Origin: an uncultured Gammaproteobacteria bacterium
Lineage (GTDB): Bacteria; Patescibacteriota; Patescibacteriia; Magasanikbacterales; GWA2-37-8
Assembly (NCBI GenBank): GCA_964465205.1
Contig: CAYXJO010000003.1
Span: forward strand, 14,693 to 78,692
Direction of reading: 5' to 3'
Length of the DNA: 64,000 bases
Below, one piece after another: positions 10,658 to 19,483 of the stretch (position 1 is the first letter of the stretch; each line of letters begins with the position of its first letter). Below the pieces are notes generated by a model, which was not told the DNA's origin, searched no databases, and was given only the letters and a program-made list of their open reading frames with translations. A program made the position numbers and the translations under genes.

Positions 10658-11161
10658 ATGTTTCGTCACAAAGGAGAGCCGACCAATCCCGATTCAAATA
10701 AAGAACGTGTGGAATTGGTTACGGAAAATAACCCTGTCGAAAAAAAAGAAAAGAAGTCGCAAGATATTTCCAAGGCGACAACCACAACATCCGACAGTTC
10801 CAAATTAGTGTCCAAAAAAGAGTTTACTCTACAGACCGTGGGGGAATTAATGGAAAAGAATTTGAAGTGGTCTCAAATTATTTACGAACAGAATCGTCGC
10901 ATTAATCGTAAATTAATTTGGATGTCAGTGATGAGCTGGCTCAAAGTGGCGGTGGTAGCCGCAGTGTTGGTGCTGGGATTGTGGTTTTTGCCTCCGTTGT
11001 TGAATAATGTATTTGGTCAATATCAGGCTCTACTGGGCGGAGAAGTGAATGCTGGGCTCAATGCTAGCCGCAATGCCAACAACCAAATGTTGCAAAAATT
11101 ATTTCAACTTCTTCCACTTGATAGCGCTCAGCAAGAGCAAATTAAAACGATTTTAAAATAA
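10658..11161 (+). CDS. Hypothetical single-pass membrane protein
   Basis: 167-aa ORF in operon spacing with one hydrophobic segment. Confidence 0.7.
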   Translation: MFRHKGEPTNPDSNKERVELVTENNPVEKKEKKSQDISKATTTTSDSSKLVSKKEFTLQTVGELMEKNLKWSQIIYEQNRRINRKLIWMSVMSWLKVAVVAAVLVLGLWFLPPLLNNVFGQYQALLGGEVNAGLNASRNANNQMLQKLFQLLPLDSAQQEQIKTILK

Positions 11162-11201
11162 AATTTTAAACAGATTTACGTTTTTACGGTATTTATTTTT
11201 T

Positions 11202-12647
11202 ATGTTCAAACATACCAAAATTGGTGTTACGATTGGTCCCGCATGTCAAGATGTTGATGTGCTTCGTTCTATGGTAAAAGCAGGCATGAATTTTGCTCGA
11301 TTGAATTTTTCTCATGGCACATATGAGAGTCATGCGGAAATTATCAAAAATTTGCGCGTGGTAGAGAAAGAGCTGCAAGAGCCGATTGCTATTTTGCAGG
11401 ATCTGCAGGGGCCAAAAATTCGTTTGGGCTTATTACCCAAAGAGGGTATAAAATTAGAACGCGGGCAAATGATTACTGTGAATACGGAAAAAGTGGAATA
11501 TGCCAATCAAGAATTGCCATTGGATTATCCCGGTTTACATACTTATCTCAATGCTGAGGAAACCATTCTAATTGACGATGGTCGCATTGAGCTTAAAATT
11601 ATTAAAATTGAAGGGGCCAAAATTTTTACTGAAGTCATTGAAGGCGGGGTGGCGTTGTCCCACAAAGGGCTAAACTTCCCTCAAAGTAAATTGGGGATAA
11701 CTATTTTGAGCAATAAAGACAAAGAAGATCTAAAATTTGGCGTAAAAGCTGGCGTGGATGTGGTGGCCCTATCATTTGTGCGCGGTGCCAAGGATATCTT
11801 AGATATTAAATTTTTAATTGATGAAATCAAAAAAGAGACCGGGATTGAAGAACAGAATAATTCGCCTATTAGCGTGATTGCCAAAATAGAATTGCACGAA
11901 GCGGTAGAAAATATTAAAGAAATTTTGGATGTTAGCGATGGGGTGATGATTGCTCGTGGGGATTTGGGCCTCGAGATGCCGGCTGCGCAGGTGCCGCTAA
12001 TTCAAAAAAGAATTATTGACTTAGCCAACGCTGCTGCCAAACCGGTGATTGTGGCTACGCAAATGTTGGATTCAATGCGCGAAACCAGTCGTCCTACCCG
12101 CGCCGAGGTGTCGGATGTGGCTAACGCTGTTATTGATCATGCGGATGCGCTTTTGCTTACCAACGAAACGGCGGTGGGCGTACATCCAGTATTGGTAGTG
12201 AAGACCATGGCAGATATTATTTTTACCACGGAAAAATCTAGCTATGATGATATGAATTTGCCACCGGCGCGCAAGAAGGGCATCCCGGTAGATGTGGCGA
12301 TTACCGAGTTGTCCAGATTGTTGGCCGAAGAGGTAAATGCCAAATTTATTTTGGCCGCTTCTATTACCGGCGAAACCGGCAGGCTTATATCCCATGTGCG
12401 TCCTAGTTTGCCGATTATGGTAGCCACCTCGACCGAACGTGTCCAAAGACAATTAAACATGTCTTGGGGGGTTAGACCTTTCGTGATGTTGCCATGTCAT
12501 TCAATTGAAGAATTGGTAGAGCGAGCGATGGCACATCTCAAACATATTCATGCGGTCAAGACAGGCGACGTGATGATTATTATCGCCGGCGAACCAGTTG
12601 GTATTGCCGGACATGTGAATTTGGTGGAAGTTAGAGAAGTGAAATAA
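11202..12647 (+). CDS. pyk: Pyruvate kinase
   Basis: TIGPA, ARLNFSHG, DLQGPKIR, AKIE, MIARGDLG, ATQMLDSM, PTRAEVSDVANA. Confidence 0.98.
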   Translation: MFKHTKIGVTIGPACQDVDVLRSMVKAGMNFARLNFSHGTYESHAEIIKNLRVVEKELQEPIAILQDLQGPKIRLGLLPKEGIKLERGQMITVNTEKVEYANQELPLDYPGLHTYLNAEETILIDDGRIELKIIKIEGAKIFTEVIEGGVALSHKGLNFPQSKLGITILSNKDKEDLKFGVKAGVDVVALSFVRGAKDILDIKFLIDEIKKETGIEEQNNSPISVIAKIELHEAVENIKEILDVSDGVMIARGDLGLEMPAAQVPLIQKRIIDLANAAAKPVIVATQMLDSMRETSRPTRAEVSDVANAVIDHADALLLTNETAVGVHPVLVVKTMADIIFTTEKSSYDDMNLPPARKKGIPVDVAITELSRLLAEEVNAKFILAASITGETGRLISHVRPSLPIMVATSTERVQRQLNMSWGVRPFVMLPCHSIEELVERAMAHLKHIHAVKTGDVMIIIAGEPVGIAGHVNLVEVREVK

Positions 12648-12651
12648 TTAA

Positions 12652-12762
12652 AATAAAAAACCGAATGTAATTTCTTTTGAGCGGGTTGTGTCGCCGTAGC
12701 GGCACCCTTTCGCGCTCGCGCGCGAAAAAAGCGAAAAAGATTTTACATTCGGTTTTTTTATT
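12652..12762. terminator. Long branched inverted repeat between convergent pyk and glyA (probable bidirectional terminator)
   Basis: AAAAAACCGAATGTAA (12655-12670) pairs with TTACATTCGGTTTTTT (12743-12758) and encloses two GC-rich hairpins. Confidence 0.65.
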
Positions 12763-12765
12763 GTC

Positions 12766-14016
12766 TTATTTTAGTGTTGGATACAGAGGAAATTTGGCAG
12801 TGAGTTCTACGACTCGCTTTTTTATTTCCGCTAATTTTTCTTGGTTTTCAAAATTGGAAATAGCCTCGTCGATCCAACTGGCGATGGTGGTCATTTCGGT
12901 CTCTTTCATACCGCGCGTAGTGAGGGCGGGTGTGCCCAGGCGAATGCCGGACGGATCCATAGGGCTACGCGGATCATCAGGGATCATATTTTTGTTCACA
13001 GTAATACCAGCCAAATCAAGCGCGTGTTCGGCTTGTTTGCCAGATACATTTTTGCTACTAAATACATCAATTAGAAGCAGGTGATTATCGGTACCACCAA
13101 AACACAGTTTGTATCCCAATTTGTTGAATTCTGTTTCTAGTGCTTTGGCGTTTAATTTTATTTGTTTGGCATAATCTTTGAATTCTGGCTCAAGCGCTTC
13201 TTTGAAGGCCACCGCTTTGGCAGCGATGTTATTTTCGTGGGGGCCACCTTGGAAACCAGGGAACACGGACTTGTCTATTGCTTTGGCGAATTTTTCTTTG
13301 CACATAATCATGCCGCCGCGCGGACCACGCAAAGTTTTGTGGGTAGTAGTAGTAACGACGTCAAAAATCGGTACTGGATTGTTCATCTGTCCACCGGCTA
13401 TGAGCCCGGCAATATGCGCGATGTCTGCCATAGTAATAGCACCCACCTCGTCGGCGATTTTTTGAATAGCCGCATATTCAATTTCGCGTGAATAAGCGCT
13501 GTAACCTACCAGTATCATTTTGGGCTTGTATTCTAGTGCCATGGCGCGCAAATTGTCGAGATCAACTAGTCCTTGGGCATTAGTTTTGTAACGGATAAAC
13601 TTGAACACTTTGGTCATGTGAGTGACTGGATGCCCGTGGGATAAGTGTCCGCCGTGCGATAAATCCATGCCGAGAATAGTGTCGCCCGGTTCGAGTAAGG
13701 CGAAATACACCGCGATGTTGGCTGGTGCCCCCGAGAGCGGTTGGACGTTTACATGTTCAGCACCAAAAATTTGTTTTACTCTATCAATACACAGCTGTTC
13801 CACTTCGTCGATAAATTCACAGCCGCCATAATATCTTTTGCCTGGATAACCTTCGGAATATTTGTTGGTGAGTATCGATCCCAATGCCTCGAGTACGGCT
13901 GGAGATACAAAATTTTCAGAAGGGATCATTTCCAACCCTTCCTCTTGGCGTTTTTGCTCCCGTTTTATCGAGGCGTAAATATCCGGATCAAAGTCTGTTA
14001 GTTTTTGATTATGCAT
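12766..14016 (-). CDS. glyA: Serine hydroxymethyltransferase
   Basis: [36 protein letters not shown] motif. Confidence 0.99.
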   Translation of the reverse strand: MHNQKLTDFDPDIYASIKREQKRQEEGLEMIPSENFVSPAVLEALGSILTNKYSEGYPGKRYYGGCEFIDEVEQLCIDRVKQIFGAEHVNVQPLSGAPANIAVYFALLEPGDTILGMDLSHGGHLSHGHPVTHMTKVFKFIRYKTNAQGLVDLDNLRAMALEYKPKMILVGYSAYSREIEYAAIQKIADEVGAITMADIAHIAGLIAGGQMNNPVPIFDVVTTTTHKTLRGPRGGMIMCKEKFAKAIDKSVFPGFQGGPHENNIAAKAVAFKEALEPEFKDYAKQIKLNAKALETEFNKLGYKLCFGGTDNHLLLIDVFSSKNVSGKQAEHALDLAGITVNKNMIPDDPRSPMDPSGIRLGTPALTTRGMKETEMTTIASWIDEAISNFENQEKLAEIKKRVVELTAKFPLYPTLK

Positions 14017-14183
14017 AGTTTTTTAAATTTATTAGATTAGTGGGTATTTTAGCGCAGGGTATAATTTTTGTCCACACAACGATTTGACATTGTGTCAATA
14101 CTGCATTAATATGTGAAAGCTCTTTGTTTTTGATTCGTGTTTTGGGTACTAAACCATCTATCGGGAAGGAATTGGGCCAACCA

Positions 14184-14537
14184 ATGCGACACACCAGAAA
14201 GGGTTTTTCAATCGGCGGCGGCACGTTCGTGAAAAAGAGCGTCTTGTACGCTCTAGAGCGGCGTGGGGTTCTGCGCAACCAGGGGATGCCGTTTCGGCAA
14301 AAGATTGCCATCACTCGGCAGTTGCTGCACGGGAGCGTAGAGGTACCGGTCACCGCTTTTCGGCGGGGCGACGACTATCAACGCCAGTGGCCCGGTACGG
14401 TCTATCTGTACAACCCCACCAAGGGTGTCTGTTTTGCTCTCGTGCCCGACCAGAATCTGGTGCCGGCGTGTTTCACGCCCAGGTTTACCCGGGAATTCGC
14501 CGCCAACTTCACCCCGGACATGCAAAAACAGCGCTGA
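14184..14537 (+). CDS. Hypothetical GC-rich orphan protein (~117 aa; start uncertain)
   Basis: ATG at 14184 after a purine-rich GGGAAGGA, upstream TTGACA at 14084, and its own terminator downstream; no recognisable motif. Confidence 0.5.
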   Translation: MRHTRKGFSIGGGTFVKKSVLYALERRGVLRNQGMPFRQKIAITRQLLHGSVEVPVTAFRRGDDYQRQWPGTVYLYNPTKGVCFALVPDQNLVPACFTPRFTREFAANFTPDMQKQR

Positions 14538-14558
14538 AAGAAAGGAGACAACTACGCG

Positions 14559-14588
14559 AGGGGGCCTACGGGCCCTCTTTTATTTTTT
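14559..14588 (+). terminator. Intrinsic terminator
   Basis: GGGGCC-TACG-GGCCCT stem-loop followed by T tracts. Confidence 0.75.
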
Positions 14589-14615
14589 GATTAATTATAG
14601 TATAGTGTTTGCACT

Positions 14616-16394
14616 ATGGCGATACTTTTGACTATCGAAAATTTAAATAAGGCCTATGGCACTCGCATTATTTTCGAGAACGCGGATTTAGCGGTACAAG
14701 AAAAGCAAAAAATCGGCGTGATTGGTCGTAATGGCGCGGGCAAATCTACTTTATTGCGCATGATAGTGGGCGAAGAAGAATGTGATAGTGGGCAAATTAC
14801 CAAACATGATATTATGAGTTTGGGTTATTTGCGCCAACATGATGATTGCGGTATCGAGGAAACCGTGCAAGATTATTTGGAGCGGGTAACTGGTCGCGAA
14901 TCTTGGCATTGTGCCAAAATTGCCGGCCGGTTTGAAATGAAAGGCGAGATGTTGGATCAAAAGGTCTCTGCGCTTTCCGGTGGGTATCTAATGCGTGTCA
15001 AGCTCGCCATGATGTTGCTCACGGAACCAAATTTATTTTTATTGGATGAGCCGACCAATTATTTGGATGTTCATACTCAATTATTGCTGGAAAAGTTTTT
15101 GCGTAGTTACAATGGTGCGTTTATTATTGTCTCGCACGATCGTGAATTTCTCAAACGCACTTGTACCGAGACGTTGGATGTCGAAAATGGTAAATTGTTT
15201 TTTTATCCTCGTCCTATCGATGAATATTTGGCGTACAAAGAAGAGCGTTTGGCGTTTGCGAAATTGTATAATAAAAATATCGAGCGCGAACAAAAACATT
15301 TGCAAACGTTTGTGGATAGATTTCGCTACAAAGCATCCAAAGCCAAACAAGCGCAAAGTAAAATCAAAGCGATTGAGCGTTTGGAAAAGATTGATATCAG
15401 TAGCCCGCTCGCCAATGTGCGGATAGATATTCCGGGAGTGGAAGCGAAAAAAGGTTGTATAGTGCGTTGTGTGGATGTGGTGATTGGTTATCCCAATAAG
15501 ACCGTGGCGCAGAATATCAATTTGGAAATCGACCGCGGCGAACACGTGGGTATTATTGGCGATAATGGCGAAGGCAAGACCACCTTTCTCAAGACCTTGG
15601 CTGATGCTTTGCCAGTGATATCTGGTGTGGTGAAATGGGCGCCCGACACCCGCATTGCGTATTACGCTCAACACGTGGCCAGTGAACTTAGCCCCACCGA
15701 GAAAGTTTGGGCGTATTTGCGTCGCACAGCCGCGCGCGACATTAACGACGAAGAGGTGTTGCGTATGGCCGGTAATTTTTTGTTCCGCGATCATGAATTG
15801 GAAAAAGATATTGCGGTGCTTTCGGGTGGTGAGCGTTCGCGATTATGTTTGGCCGGCTTACTGCTCACCAAAAGTAATGTGATATTACTTGACGAACCTT
15901 CAAATCATTTGGACTTTGAAACCGTCGAGGCACTGGGTCGTGCTCTCGAAAATTTTGTTGGTACGGTATTTTTTGTCAGTCACAATCGTACTTTTGTAAA
16001 TTCGCTCGCATCGGTGATTATCGAAGTGAAGGGTGGGATGGTGAAAAAATATCCTGGTACATATGAGGATTATGTTTACGCACTCGAACAGTCGGTAGAA
16101 CGCGGGGGTGAAGCTGAATCAAACGGCGTCAAAAATATTGCGGTGGCAATGCCAACGTCGTCTGTGCCGACAAAATCATCCAGCCCCGAAGACTCTGATA
16201 AAGTTACCAAGAAAAAGATCAAAAAGATTGAAGATGAATTGGCTGAATTAGAAAAATTACAACAAATTTTATTTAAGAAGCAACAAAAAAATCCGGCCAA
16301 ATTTTTGCCGGATGATTATAAACGTTTGGGAGAAATTGGTGACGAGATAAAAATCAAAGAAGAGGAGTGGGCACAACTCCACGAAGGGTTATAG
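14616..16394 (+). CDS. ABC-F family ATP-binding protein
   Basis: Two ABC domains (GRNGAGKST, LSGG, LLDEPTN; GDNGEGKTT, LSGGE, LLDEPSN), inter-ABC linker, no TM segments. Confidence 0.95.
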   Translation: MAILLTIENLNKAYGTRIIFENADLAVQEKQKIGVIGRNGAGKSTLLRMIVGEEECDSGQITKHDIMSLGYLRQHDDCGIEETVQDYLERVTGRESWHCAKIAGRFEMKGEMLDQKVSALSGGYLMRVKLAMMLLTEPNLFLLDEPTNYLDVHTQLLLEKFLRSYNGAFIIVSHDREFLKRTCTETLDVENGKLFFYPRPIDEYLAYKEERLAFAKLYNKNIEREQKHLQTFVDRFRYKASKAKQAQSKIKAIERLEKIDISSPLANVRIDIPGVEAKKGCIVRCVDVVIGYPNKTVAQNINLEIDRGEHVGIIGDNGEGKTTFLKTLADALPVISGVVKWAPDTRIAYYAQHVASELSPTEKVWAYLRRTAARDINDEEVLRMAGNFLFRDHELEKDIAVLSGGERSRLCLAGLLLTKSNVILLDEPSNHLDFETVEALGRALENFVGTVFFVSHNRTFVNSLASVIIEVKGGMVKKYPGTYEDYVYALEQSVERGGEAESNGVKNIAVAMPTSSVPTKSSSPEDSDKVTKKKIKKIEDELAELEKLQQILFKKQQKNPAKFLPDDYKRLGEIGDEIKIKEEEWAQLHEGL

Positions 16395-17972
16395 GCTTTT
16401 TACCATATAGCCGTTTTCGAGTCGGTATCCCATTTTTTGGTAATAACCACGTACACCCACGCCAGATATCACGGCGATTTTTTTTATTTTATTTTTTACA
16501 CAAATACTTTCGGCTTTTTTGAGTAAAGCTTTTCCCATGCCGGTGTGCTGCACTTCGCCGGTGCCGGCAATCGGAATCATCTGGCCATAGGTGTGCAGTT
16601 CGCGGATAAATGCCGGATAAATAGCTTGAATACTTTTTGGGTTCAAGCGCAAACGACAAAAAGCGAACACGATTTGGCGCTTGGTATCTTCGATACTCAA
16701 AAAGTGTTCAATCCCATCGGAGGCGCTGTATTTATCATCAAATAATTTTAATTTTATTTTTTTCGGATCAAAATTTTGATGACCGGCTTCACGACAGCGC
16801 AGGCAATGGCATTTCAATTTCTCCGCCGTCATTTGAGTCTGAATGGTTTGACGTAAATTGGTCACCAGATTGCCGGCTTGGATGTGGTGAGAGGGGATAT
16901 CGCGAATGAGGCGTGAAATACGCACATAGCGCGGCACTGTGGTTTTGAATTTTTTTAATACGTCAATGAGATTTTTATCGGAGTAGGGTTGGTATTTACC
17001 GGCACGGAGCCAATCGTACAGTTCGGAATTTTTTACCACTGTGCAAGGATAAATTTTGATCATATCCGGACGATAGGCAGAATTCGAAAAAATTTCTTGC
17101 ATCATTTTTAGATCTTTGGCCGGAGTGCTGCCAGGAAGTTGGGGCATGAGGTGAAAATCCACTTTGAAGCCGTAATTTTTGAGTAGTTCAGTGGCCCGTG
17201 TAACTGTCGCGGCGTCGTGTCCACGTTTTATAGTTTTCAAAATTTTGTTATCGATAGTTTGGACGCCAAGCTCAAGGCGGGTGCAACCAAGTGCGCGCAT
17301 GACCAGAATATTTTTTTCATTGATGTAGTCCGGACGGGTTTCGAGCGTGAGTCCGATGATACGATGGCGCGCATTTTCGTTTTTCTTTTGGGCCGCCAGT
17401 AGTTTCTTTTTTAGTGTGTCGATTTTTTCATTCGGTTTGGTTTGGGCGCGCGACAAATTACATGCTTCAAAGCAGCGTAAGATAAACCAATATTGGTAGG
17501 TGAGGGGATAAAAATTCCAGGTGCCACCTTTGATAATCAGTTCGATTTTATCGGTCGGGTGGCCGTTTTGGGCCAGTGTTTGCAGGCGTCGTAGCGTCTG
17601 CTCGTAGGGGTCAAATTTGAGCGCTAGGGCACGTGCGGCGGCTGGCTCGTCGGATAGGTAACTTTTAGGCATTCGGGCCTCTGTAGGGCAATATACGCAG
17701 TTTCCAGGGCATCCATAGGGCTTGGTGAGGTTGGTGATAATAGCCACTCCCGAGAGAGTGCGGACGGCCCGCTTAGTAAGGGATTTTTCCAGTGCTGGCA
17801 TGGGTTTTATCTTGCCGGATTTTACTAATTTATGGTATGCTTTGAGCAGGTCAGATTTGGCAATATCGCGGTCGAATTTTTGCCCACGCAAAATATCGCG
17901 ACGGATAGTGTCCAGGTCGCGTTTGGGGTTTTTGATACAAGCAAAAATAATTTGTTCAGCAATATGAATCAT
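16389..17972 (-). CDS. elp3: Elp3-type tRNA U34 carboxymethyltransferase (radical SAM + KAT)
   Basis: VRTLSGVA, CPGNCVYCP, GGTW, ETRPD, ELGVQ, KIYP, CHCLRCRE, IRELHTYG, QHTGMG, ISGVGVRGYY; ATG at 17972 preferred over TTG at 17978. Confidence 0.93.
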   Translation of the reverse strand: MIHIAEQIIFACIKNPKRDLDTIRRDILRGQKFDRDIAKSDLLKAYHKLVKSGKIKPMPALEKSLTKRAVRTLSGVAIITNLTKPYGCPGNCVYCPTEARMPKSYLSDEPAAARALALKFDPYEQTLRRLQTLAQNGHPTDKIELIIKGGTWNFYPLTYQYWFILRCFEACNLSRAQTKPNEKIDTLKKKLLAAQKKNENARHRIIGLTLETRPDYINEKNILVMRALGCTRLELGVQTIDNKILKTIKRGHDAATVTRATELLKNYGFKVDFHLMPQLPGSTPAKDLKMMQEIFSNSAYRPDMIKIYPCTVVKNSELYDWLRAGKYQPYSDKNLIDVLKKFKTTVPRYVRISRLIRDIPSHHIQAGNLVTNLRQTIQTQMTAEKLKCHCLRCREAGHQNFDPKKIKLKLFDDKYSASDGIEHFLSIEDTKRQIVFAFCRLRLNPKSIQAIYPAFIRELHTYGQMIPIAGTGEVQHTGMGKALLKKAESICVKNKIKKIAVISGVGVRGYYQKMGYRLENGYMVKSL

Positions 17973-18689
17973 AAACAAGCTCTAGCCATTATACGCAAAA
18001 CACGGCAAAATTACAATGTTATGGCTCGGGAGTGGGACATTAGCCGCGGCCGACCATCGGGGGTGAAATTGTCGGCTTTGAAAAGAATAAAATCCAGCAA
18101 TCGGATTTTGGATTTGGGATGCGGTAATGCTTTTATGATGCCGTTTGTTTTGGAACGCGGGGCTACATATTTTGGGATAGATATTTCGAGTGCGCTTATC
18201 AAGGTCGCGCGTAAAAAATTTGCCAAAGAAATAAAATCCGGTGTGGCGGAATTACGCGTAGGTGAGGCGACTAAATTGCCGTACAAAAATAATTTTTTTG
18301 ACGGTGCGATTAGTTTTGCAGTGATGCATCATATTCCGTCGGAAAAATTGCGATTGAAATTTTTGCGGGAATTGCGGCGCGTGATGAAACCAGATGCGTG
18401 GGCGATGGTTATCAATTGGAATTTGCGTAATGAGTGGTCAGACAAAAGATTTGGGATTTCCGAACAATTAAAAAATCTCCAAAAGGGGACTGATAGGGGC
18501 GATGTGGTCGTGCCGTGGAAAGCGACGGCAGGAGAACAAGTTGAGAGATATATTCACGTTTTTGAAAAAAAAGAATTATTGGATTTGGCACGTGCGGCCG
18601 GATTCAAATCTATACGTGCGGAATTTTATCGGCGTGATGGTGGAAGAGAGAAGAATGGGGAGGAGTTGGTTTTAATTGTAAAAAAATAA
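17964..18689 (+). CDS. Class I SAM methyltransferase, Trm9/ALKBH8-like
   Basis: LDLGCGN, SFAVMHH, ELRRVMKP, DVVVPW, RYIHVF..EL; first ATG at 17964. Confidence 0.8.
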   Translation: MNHKQALAIIRKTRQNYNVMAREWDISRGRPSGVKLSALKRIKSSNRILDLGCGNAFMMPFVLERGATYFGIDISSALIKVARKKFAKEIKSGVAELRVGEATKLPYKNNFFDGAISFAVMHHIPSEKLRLKFLRELRRVMKPDAWAMVINWNLRNEWSDKRFGISEQLKNLQKGTDRGDVVVPWKATAGEQVERYIHVFEKKELLDLARAAGFKSIRAEFYRRDGGREKNGEELVLIVKK

Positions 18690-18690
18690 C

Positions 18691-18809
18691 CGCCCTCATA
18701 GTATAATAATTTTCTGGCGGCCAGACTTGTGCCTCTGGCACTACGCCCCGCTTCGGCGGGGTGCGATGGCCGCGGGCGAAAATTATTATCTATTTCGGGC
18801 GCTTTTTTT
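18691..18809 (+). terminator. Branched stem-loop ending in a T tract after the methyltransferase
   Basis: ATAATAATTTTC/GAAAATTATTAT and GCGGCCA/TGGCCGC stems enclose TGCC-TCT-GGCA and CGCCCCGC-TTCG-GCGGGGTG; a T7 run follows. Confidence 0.55.
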
Positions 18810-18813
18810 GTAC

Positions 18814-18856
18814 AAAAAAACTCGCCAGAGGCCGCGCGAAGTGCGATGTGGCGAGT
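18814..18856 (-). terminator. Intrinsic terminator for the minus-strand small genes
   Basis: CTCGCCA...TGGCGAG stem followed by T7 on the minus strand. Confidence 0.6.
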
Positions 18857-18877
18857 GATCGGTTGGCGATAAGAGGA

Positions 18878-19003
18878 CTAGCTCTTTGTTTTTTGTTTTG
18901 CGTTTTCTTCCTCGATTTCTTTTTTTCTTTCTCTGCGACACTTTAGGTAGAGTTGTGCCGACACCATGCCTGCGAAAAAACAAATCAAGAATCCCCAGTC
19001 CAT
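18878..19003 (-). CDS. Small 41-aa membrane-anchored protein (not in ORF track)
   Basis: GGGAGGA SD then MDWGFLICFFAGMVSAQLYLKCRRERKKEIEEENAKQKTKS*; terminator downstream. Confidence 0.65.
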   Translation of the reverse strand: MDWGFLICFFAGMVSAQLYLKCRRERKKEIEEENAKQKTKS

Positions 19004-19046
19004 GTGTGTATTCCTCCCTGTGATAGGTATTGGGTCTTTGTGACTG

Positions 19047-19355
19047 TTAACGAACTAACGTGGCCAGAAAGACCAGGAACATCTCCACCGTCCACATGCC
19101 GACGATGATTCGCATCACCAGCCCTTTGCGACGGGACGGTAGAGTGGTAATGTATGCCACCATATCAACCAGCCCTAGGACGAGCCATGTCCAACGCTCG
19201 GATTGGAATCCGACGAATACCTCTGTCGGTCCGAACCAGACCGCATAGAGGGTTTTGAGAAAGTATAGAGGCGCGGCCATCGCGATGAACCCAAGAATGA
19301 ACTCGCCTCGCCTGGTCGCCATGATCTTCTCGACCCAAACCGTAAAACGCTCCAT
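19047..19355 (-). CDS. Hypothetical small multi-pass membrane protein
   Basis: Strong SD AAGGAGG before ATG; three hydrophobic segments in 102 aa. Confidence 0.7.
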   Translation of the reverse strand: MERFTVWVEKIMATRRGEFILGFIAMAAPLYFLKTLYAVWFGPTEVFVGFQSERWTWLVLGLVDMVAYITTLPSRRKGLVMRIIVGMWTVEMFLVFLATLVR

Positions 19356-19385
19356 CCCTTCCTCCTTCGTTTCTGTGATTTGCTA

Positions 19386-19483
19386 AAACAAGATACATAC
19401 AATTTTGTTACCTTACGAGCCCGCATTAATTTGATTATTAATATTCGGGCGAGCTGGGTAATAAAATTGTATGTATCTTGTTT
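19386..19483 (+). repeat. Dispersed ~95-nt hairpin element, copy A
   Basis: 27-bp inverted arms with one G.T pair; core is the reverse complement of the cores at 22243 and 61049. Confidence 0.9.

Noticed and set aside
17832-17963. N-terminal extension of the methyltransferase ORF in the ORF track
   Set aside because: It starts at TTG deep inside elp3 antisense; ATG 17964 gives a more plausible start.
19386-19483. Hairpin family as integron attC sites
   Set aside because: No consistent RYYYAAC/GTTRRRY ends, conservation is central rather than terminal, no cassette array or integrase in the window.
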